42,315 nucleotides of DNA. It comes from Klebsormidium nitens (lineage: Eukaryota > Plantae > Klebsormidiophyceae). The position numbers and the translations under genes were made by a program. Location: positions 1 through 42,315 of the forward strand of contig DF237659.1 in NCBI GenBank assembly GCA_000708835.1, in the 5' to 3' direction. Of this stretch, positions 35,488-42,315 are shown piece after piece. Position 1 is the first letter of the stretch. Each line of letters begins with the position of its first letter. The notes beneath the pieces were generated by a model, which did no database searches, was not told where the DNA came from, and was given only the letters and a program-made list of their open reading frames with translations.

Positions 35488-38360
35488 CTGTGCGGTGGAG
35501 TGAAGACGGGTCAACACGTCATCTGGTGGCATTAAGGAGTGCCCGGCAAAGCGCGCGTGTACAAATGTAGACCTTTTACTCCTTGAGGTCAAAACTTCAA
35601 AAAACACTCAGGACAGCACGCCCCCGAAATGATCATACTGCTCAAGTACGTGTTTAAAGCTTTGAAAGAGGCGAACAAGAGCGGCTGACAAACTTTGTGG
35701 CCGAATGCATTGGCACGCGATTTGGAGGCGCCTGCATAGCTCCTGAAATCATGAGAGTCTTACCTTCTGAGTCACGGTGTGTTGGTGATTTGCGCCAGCG
35801 CCCACTTCTTGTTCACAGCAGACTCCAAATCACCGGTCGCAGGAAGGCCAGGCAACTTCAAGAGAAGGCTTGTCAGACGCCCCAGGCCCGGCGGTGGCAC
35901 CGCCATATCCCGTGTCTTTGATGGTGTAAAGGGAGCCAGGAAGGGAGTCTGCACCCGGTCGCTCATGCAGTTCACGTTCGGGATTTGAGGCCGGCCGTTG
36001 GCTTGGAGGTCAGCCAGGATAAGCTTCTTCAAGCCCGCAATCCCGAGGGTCCTGGCTTTAGGGGCCTCTCCGTAAAGGAAGTAGCTGAAGGCGCCGTAGG
36101 CGTTGAACTCCTGTGCAGGCTCCTCAAAGCGGCAGGCCGAGAGCACAGTCGGGGAATCCTGCAGTGGAGAGCGACCGGGATTGTCGCTTGATTGTAATTC
36201 TGTCACAGATGATTAATCCTTTGTGCTTAGCACGATTGAGTAGGAAAACGACCAAGTTAGCCAGGTGAAAAGCTAGCCACTCGTTCACAACCAACCAACC
36301 GTGCGTGTTGCCTGCAGTCACTTCGTGCACATCTTTCTAAACCTTAATCAGGCGGCCCAAATCCATAACCTTAATTACCTGATTGCTGGAAGTCACGGTG
36401 AAAAGGTTGCTGATAGTCGGGGCTGCAGTGGGTGCGAGGTCTCGGGCAGCGCTGTGGGCCTTCATTGCCCCGTGTTCGATGAAAGGGTTGGGGTTGGGAA
36501 GGTATCGAATCACGGGTGCAGAGACCTGGGTGCTGGGCAGGTCACGGGTGGCTGCAAAAGTGCGGACAGAGTCTTCATGTTGACACAACCGCAACGGTGC
36601 TTACTAAGTTGGATGCAATTACAGGTTAGCCTCAAGGGCATTGTCGAAACAGCACATGGGCAAAGGTCCAACTGCACAAAGAAGTCCTTCTCAAAAGACT
36701 ACAGCGTACATATCTTCTCGTCAATTGGAAGTTGCTTTTGCTAACTAATCCAACAAGCGACACGGGCAACATGCTCAGACTATGCTAGCGTCGCTTGTAG
36801 TGCTACCTAGCTTTCATCACACATTCTCAGGACGCAACCGACGTGGAGTCTCCACCCTAGCTCAAACTCTGAGGTCATTAAGGAGGACTTGCGGCACCCA
36901 CCTTTTGCGCCAGAGTGGCAGCAGTCCAGGATGAGGTACACGCTGACGCCCTTGGACAGGCTATCAAAAGCTCCCTTGAATTCGGTGTCCAACAAGCAGT
37001 TGTTGAAGACACCGGTCTTGCTGTCAATCTCGATGTCTGAAGGAACCAGGATGGCAGTCTTGTCGCTCACAAGGGGTTACTGCAAAAGACATCAATTTAC
37101 GCTGTTTCGAAGTCGTTCGGAACGTTGATACAAGGGGTAACAACGACCTACTCTCCGAGACACATGGCCAGCTTCAAAGCAAGCATGCTACGAGATTGTC
37201 TGAACTCTTTGTGCGCTGTACACAAACAAAGTCAAGGTCTTCATTTACATGGAAGAATCGACCAATACATGTGGCTGCACATGGCTGTTGTGGCCCCTTC
37301 TGACTTACATGCCTAAAAGTGTCTATCTATTGGAGAGTCAAAAATGGTGAACACACCCTGGCAAACAAAGGGCAACCAACGAGGCAAATAGCACGAGACT
37401 GGCGTGAAAAGGGCCGGAGATAGAGCCGGCATCAGTCTGACGATGAGAACCGGTTCCTATAACCAAGCAGCAAACGATTATTGAAGGGGCCCATGATCAC
37501 CTGAGCCCCATGGCCACTGTAATGAAACACGAGCAAGTCCCCGGCCTTTGCCCCGGTGACCAATCTTTCAGGGCCTTCAAGATGTTGGTCTTCGTTGGCA
37601 GGGTGTCCTTGGAGTACAGCGTGGACTGGGGGTCGTCAACCAACGTCTGCAGACAATCAACCACTTGCTTTTAGTCATTCTGGAACCTGCCAGTGCCTTT
37701 CAGTTACGCAAAGTTATCAGGAAGGGCAACAACACACAATCTTCCATTTCCTAGCCTTACTGAGTAGGTGAGCGCACTGCCGCGACAGCTGGACGCAAGT
37801 CAGAATTCTCTAGATTAAGAAGTGGCCCTGCTTGTTTGAATAGGACAAGGGGAGGACAAGCTGCCAGCTAATAATATGCTCATGTGTTGAGAAACTGAAC
37901 ATCTGCAAACCACATCACTGCAAATGAGGTTGCTTTTATTCACGAGCCCTTGTATTCTCAGCTCAGCACAATTCTTCTTCTGAAGCGATCATTAAAAGAC
38001 CCCGGATTCAACGGTCCGCAAAAGCATCCTACGTCTTGACTGATCATGGAGAACGCAACTTAGCTTATAATCAGATTCAACCTGACGTGATATGATTCAA
38101 GGATTACCCTTTTGCATTAGTCTCCTCTAAGTTTAAATGAGAAATTTCAGCAAGAAAGGGAAGCCCATGTAGCTTACCTTGATGTTACTGGTGTCGAAGC
38201 CGTATGATTGCACGAGTGTAGTCTTGGCAAGGACAACGTCGTTCACGCAGCCGCTCAGTGGGGGCACATTTGCCGTGCCCTGGTAGTTGCAGCCCACGAG
38301 GAGAGCCGCCTTCTTCATCCCGGGAAGGGCATTGGGGGGAGCAATCGAGGAATTAGCCAT
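30096..38360 (-). CDS. Metacaspase (peptidase C14) fused to a long C-terminal repeat polyprotein; 13 exons, ~1225 aa if three frame lesions are repaired (possible pseudogene)
   Basis: Exons on the minus strand: 38360-38178, 37646-37501, 37079-36902, 36551-36379, 36158-35764, 35487-34879, 34384-34199, 33879-33622, 33262-32783, 32326-31919, 31581-31330, 30971-30816, 30350-30096. Motifs: KKAALLVGCNY..LSGCVND, PTKTNILKAL, FHYSGHG (His), ILDCCHSG (Cys), and p10 VLSACRFEE..GAFSYFL. The tail exons are all phase 0 and repeat AGP....L.ALAAGDRGLFD. The 3' end is uncertain. Confidence 0.75.
32581..32622. repeat. Perfect 20-nt tandem duplication in an intron
   Basis: cagtgagggctgcgcttgag x2. Confidence 0.9.
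35900..38360 (-). other. Caspase-fold (metacaspase) p20 + p10 domain
   Basis: His-Cys dyad motifs HYSGHG and DCCHSG are present; no N-terminal signal peptide or prodomain is visible. Confidence 0.88.
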
Positions 38361-39821
38361 GGAGGAAGCTGGGAAGGGCCTGATAGAATGCAGGCACTGC
38401 TTGTCAAATGCAGAAAGAGTGAGAGGACGGTTGGAGAAAGGTGCGGGGCCTTGAGCCTGGGGAGTTTGCGAAGGATTGCGAATGCTGTTGGGAGCTCGAT
38501 TGCAAAAGGAGTCTTTGATGGTGCGCAAGTTTTGGAGATCAGCAGCCGCTTTTATAGCCTGCGGCTGAGCTCGTTTCAATTTGCCAAGTCCACTAGGACT
38601 TCGAGTCGGCATCATTCATTGCGTGAACTCTGAAGGCCTTGCTTGGGGACCAGATCACCCACGGAAAGGACTTTGCCGGAAGGTGCTCTACCTCCGGCCC
38701 GGGGCTTGCCCCGGCCGACGTACCGTGCCGGGGTGCCAGGCGCGCCAACATGATTAAAGTAGCGCTGAGTGCACCTCTCGACAGCTGGGGCCCCGGGGCG
38801 TTACGATGGTTCCCCGACCTGCCGCCCCGGGGAGCTTAAGAGCTGTACTGCCGCCCCCATCTGGCACTCTGCCAGCATCCCTTGAAAATCTCCGCTGCGA
38901 TCAGTACCGTACTCGGTACTGGATCACTAAATGCTTCTTGACAAGTTGAAAGTTCTTGTTTGACTATCAAAGCATGTCGGTGCATTATGGCTCTCGAGCT
39001 GCCGCCTGGGAAGCTAGTAAAAGCAAATATCTTCAGCGTGCGGAGTTATTTCCTGTACCTAGCTGTACCTAGCTGTGCCGTACGCTACCTTATACCGGTA
39101 CCAGCCGCCCTGCAAAATGTCTTTAGTTGTAGGACTGTGTTAGTCCTGCGAAAATTTGAAGGTAACATGGACTCCGGCTTGTGAATCGTATTGTATTTTC
39201 CAGTGTTACCAGTTGCAATCGACCCTCGCGAGTCGCCAGACGCCGGATTCCTGGACGTTTGGAAGTACCGGCCGGACAGCTGGGAAATTCCACCTATTAG
39301 ATAGTCTCGTTTGGAATCAATTTGCGCCATGTGGACCCCATGTGGAGTACGGCATCATGTCATACCACCAGCAGTCTGATGCTTGCAGTCCCTGCGCTAT
39401 GCCTGGCAGTACGTCGACGGTACGTTTGTACTGGCGTTCAAAGCAGTACCTAGTAACTAGTCATGCAGACTAGGTACTGCCAGTACTGCCCACCTAATAC
39501 CTATTATAGAGTAGTTAGTACTAACACGCATGCGAAAGTGGTGGCACAACAATGAATTTTGCACTTAAATTACCTAAGACTTAGGTCATTGCATCTGCTG
39601 TTGACATCAGCACCTGCACCTGACTTCCATGTGCATAATGGATCTCAATCGAGACGCAGAGCTGGTGCAGCGGAGGAGTGCAGTGAAACTGCCGCACGTA
39701 CTGGCCAGCCTGGCCGGGCGGTACCTACTTTGCAAGGTACTGTGCTGGATCCTGCACGTACTGCGACTGTGCTTCCGTATGACGTCGCTCTAGCCTCTGA
39801 GTCAGCTCTCTTCACTGACTC

Positions 39822-40035
39822 ATGGTGTCATCTCAGCAGTCATGGTGTCATCCCAGCACTTACTATATGGTGTCATCTCAGCAGTCATGGTGTCATCCCA
39901 GCACTTACTATATGGTGTCATCTCAGCAGTCATGGACCATGGTGTCAGGACTCAGAACTCATCTCAAGGAGCTAGGATCAGGAGTCAGCAGTTATGGTGT
40001 CAGCAGATCAGCAGTCGTGGTGTCATCTCAGTCAT
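39822..40035. repeat. Minisatellite: 45-nt unit x2.5 built from atggtgtcatc(t/c)cagca subunits, with degenerate tail
   Basis: atggtgtcatctcagcagtc atggtgtcatcccagcacttactat is repeated; this explains the repetitive ORFs 39822-40082 and 39842-40066. Confidence 0.9.
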
Positions 40036-40904
40036 GGGATGCATCATTCAGTTTTTCTCAATTTAGTGAACAGTTAGTATGAAGTACCTAGCAGACAGTA
40101 GCCGAGTGTCCCAGTGAACAGTAAGCAATTTGGAGTTCACTATTAGGTAAAGCCTTAACCAGAAACTTATCCGCTCGGCACCCGTACCCCACCCTAACCC
40201 CCTAACTAACCCTACCCGTCTCCTCACCGGGCGCTGTTGCTGTTCAACGTACTACTCATCGATCAGGATGCACTCTGCCTTTAAACATCCGAAGTAACTA
40301 TGTCTATGGACAATTCATTTGCGCATCATGTAGGGCAGTAGGGGAGGGTCTGTGGCCGCAGCTCAGGCGCCAGCTCGCTCAGGCGCAAAGGCTCGTAGTC
40401 TAGGGTAGAACGGTAGGTTCAAGAGCATATATACCGTAATATTCCTACACTAAAAACCTCGGGCCGTTTTGAGATTGATAGATGAGACCACCTGGATCTC
40501 AAAAGGGGTATTTTGAGATTGCTCTGGCCTCACGGGTTTTGCACCGTGAATTAGTATGAGTGCGCTTCGTCCTCAGATGGGCATAGTGCTTCAAAGCACT
40601 CAAATTCAGGATATACGTTTGAGATTCAGTCAGTCTCCGCACCGTGCGGTGCAAGTGCGACTCCCCGTTGCACGAGATTGTTTTGGCCTCACCAAGATTG
40701 ACAGCAAGTTAATTGACTATAGCGGCGCCTCTGTTCATCATCGAGACTTCTGCCAGTCGACCGACTCAGTCATGGCATGATGATCCTCCCCTGATCATTT
40801 CTCAATACTAAAGGCCTTACTTGGAGTTGCGCAACGGGGTCATGCACGAGGTTATGCAGAAGATGTATCCAAACCGTTTTAGTAGGCAAGGATGATTCAC
40901 AGCT

Positions 40905-40942
40905 TGACATGTCATTATAACAACTTGACATATCATTATAAC
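40905..40942. repeat. Short 21-nt-period tandem duplication
   Basis: ttgacatgtcattataacaac followed by ttgacatatcattataacaat. Confidence 0.75.
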
Positions 40943-41239
40943 AATATGTAACACGGCGGGAACCGACTCCGAAGCACATAGCTAGTAGGCATAGGTGTGA
41001 GCTAGCGCTCACCTAGTAGCATCCTGAAGTGAATGCACTGAATGCACGAATGCACAGGGTGGCGGTCCCTCTTCCACCGCATTCTACCTTGAGCTACCGA
41101 CGAAAACTCCTGCGTAACAGGCGATTTGATTGGCAACAAACGAAGCCCCTCAATCTACGATAGACCTGTGGCTTTAAGTAACTTTTGGCCCTCGGAAGAA
41201 TCCCACTACTACGCGCATCTGCGCTGCGCTCCTCTACCT

Positions 41240-41924
41240 TCAATGTACATATTCTCTGCACAAGGAAGGAAGGCGAAAGCGTGTCGGCAAACCAGGAGCG
41301 GCATCATTGTTTCGAATTACGGAACGTTCTTCCCAACTGCATATCGCGTAATCATGGAAAAGGACTGTGTTCTCGAACAAAGCGTCTACTAAGCCTCTAG
41401 TTGCTCTAGCACGTTGCTGTGCTTTCAACTCATCAAACCTGTTCCTCTCGTCAACGTTGTAGAGCCCTTTGGAAGACAAGATCTTCGTTGACCTACTTTG
41501 TCCGCTCAAGAAGAGGTCAAGCCGCCTAGCTCAGACGACCAAGGAACGATGCATGGACCACCTAGAATGATGCAGCGGATACCTACCGGAATCTTACCGG
41601 AGTCTGCGAGGACTCTCCCCTTGCTGGGAAACTGCGTCGAAGCAGGTCGCTTGACAAGACCTATGCAACGAAGCAGTCTCCGAAATCTCTAGGAGCTACG
41701 ACATATTGAGCACTTACCTCGTTCAGCGCCACGTCTCGTCAGGGCGTCTCCTTCGGCGTCTCTTCCTCCACCTCCTCCACCCAGCACACCACGTGGCCGG
41801 CCTCGTTGCGCTTGCGGAGATAGCGGTAGATTCGGCCTCGAGTGCTGACCGTCCTCCCCTCCATTTGCTGCACATCGAGGGACACGTTGTGAAATCCACT
41901 TCCAAAGCTTGGCTTCAGACCCAA
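41240..41924 (-). pseudogene. Decayed spliced gene fragment of unknown function
   Basis: A GC-rich exon-like frame QQMEGRTVSTRGRIYRYLRKRNEAGHVVCWVEEVEEETPKETP*RDVALNE ends at a consensus GAG|gtaagt donor (about 41717) but contains an in-frame TGA. Further AG/GT-bounded segments lie downstream. No family recognised. Confidence 0.3.
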
Positions 41925-42315
41925 AAGAAGCGTGTGCTCCTATCCAGAAAATCTGATGGCAGTCGCGCACACCTCGACGATGATCGCCATTGCTGCCGGC
42001 AATAGATTGGGTATTGGTAGGACCCTTCAGCATTTTGAACGGGTGAAAGCGTTGAGGACCAAGAAGTTTCTCCATCTTGAGCAGAAAACGGTCCAAACGT
42101 CCCGCCCAGCTTTATGTGGACACTCAGGGTGCACACGAAGAGTCACCGAGGAGAACCAAAGACAAGCGGTGTCCGAAGCTTAGTCGTACCGGTGCGCATG
42201 GGGTGACAGAAGCCAACAACGGTGTTGGCCAATCTTCTATTGCTTATAACGCTCACATCTGTGACGGTTGGACAGGGTCACACGCTGCCTGTCTACTTCG
42301 CATGTGCGGAAACCA

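Noticed and set aside
22249-37079. TAG/TAA-to-Gln recoding (as in some ulvophyte algae), suggested by in-frame TAG in ALDH10 and TAA in the metacaspase
   Set aside because: The carrier ends at TAA and POP at TAG exactly at their homologous C-termini, and about 2300 codons of those genes have no internal TAR. C->T nonsense changes or errors are simpler.
37309-37312. Possible 4-nt micro-exon GCAT (ttttag|GCAT|gtaagt) in metacaspase intron 2
   Set aside because: Including it does not restore a stop-free frame in either the as-assembled or the repaired exon 2.
39822-40035. CRISPR-like array
   Set aside because: No unique spacers (the units are contiguous copies), no cas genes, and a eukaryotic context.
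40190-40215. Interstitial telomere-like ccctaa motifs
   Set aside because: Only two or three imperfect units; compatible with chance.

Overview
Eukaryotic nuclear DNA rich in GT-AG introns. Gene content and intron style suggest a streptophyte green alga, Klebsormidium-like (inference). I reconstructed four multi-exon genes by hand. (1) An intact SLC25 carrier of the citrin/aralar (aspartate-glutamate) type, with a plastid-like presequence and an Ala/Thr-rich spacer in place of EF-hands (+, 1253-5504). (2) An intact plant organellar family-A DNA polymerase, POP (-, 8176-17493). (3) A divergently transcribed ALDH10 (BADH/AMADH) copy that is damaged and 3'-truncated (+, 18863-23940). (4) The most unusual locus: a metacaspase fused to an ~870-aa tail of six repeat modules (-, 30096-38360). 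About 20 R-[D/G/S]-[L/M/F] motifs punctuate the protein, including the protease's own p20/p10 linker, and they bracket amphipathic GLFD/GFFD-starting, glycine-zipper peptides. This may be a self-processing protease-peptide polyprotein, although the assembled copy carries three frame lesions. Also present: intronic tandem copies of exon boundaries, a MITE-like inverted-repeat cluster, a 707-N gap with overlapping flanks, and decayed coding-like segments. No rRNA, tRNA or CRISPR array was recognised.
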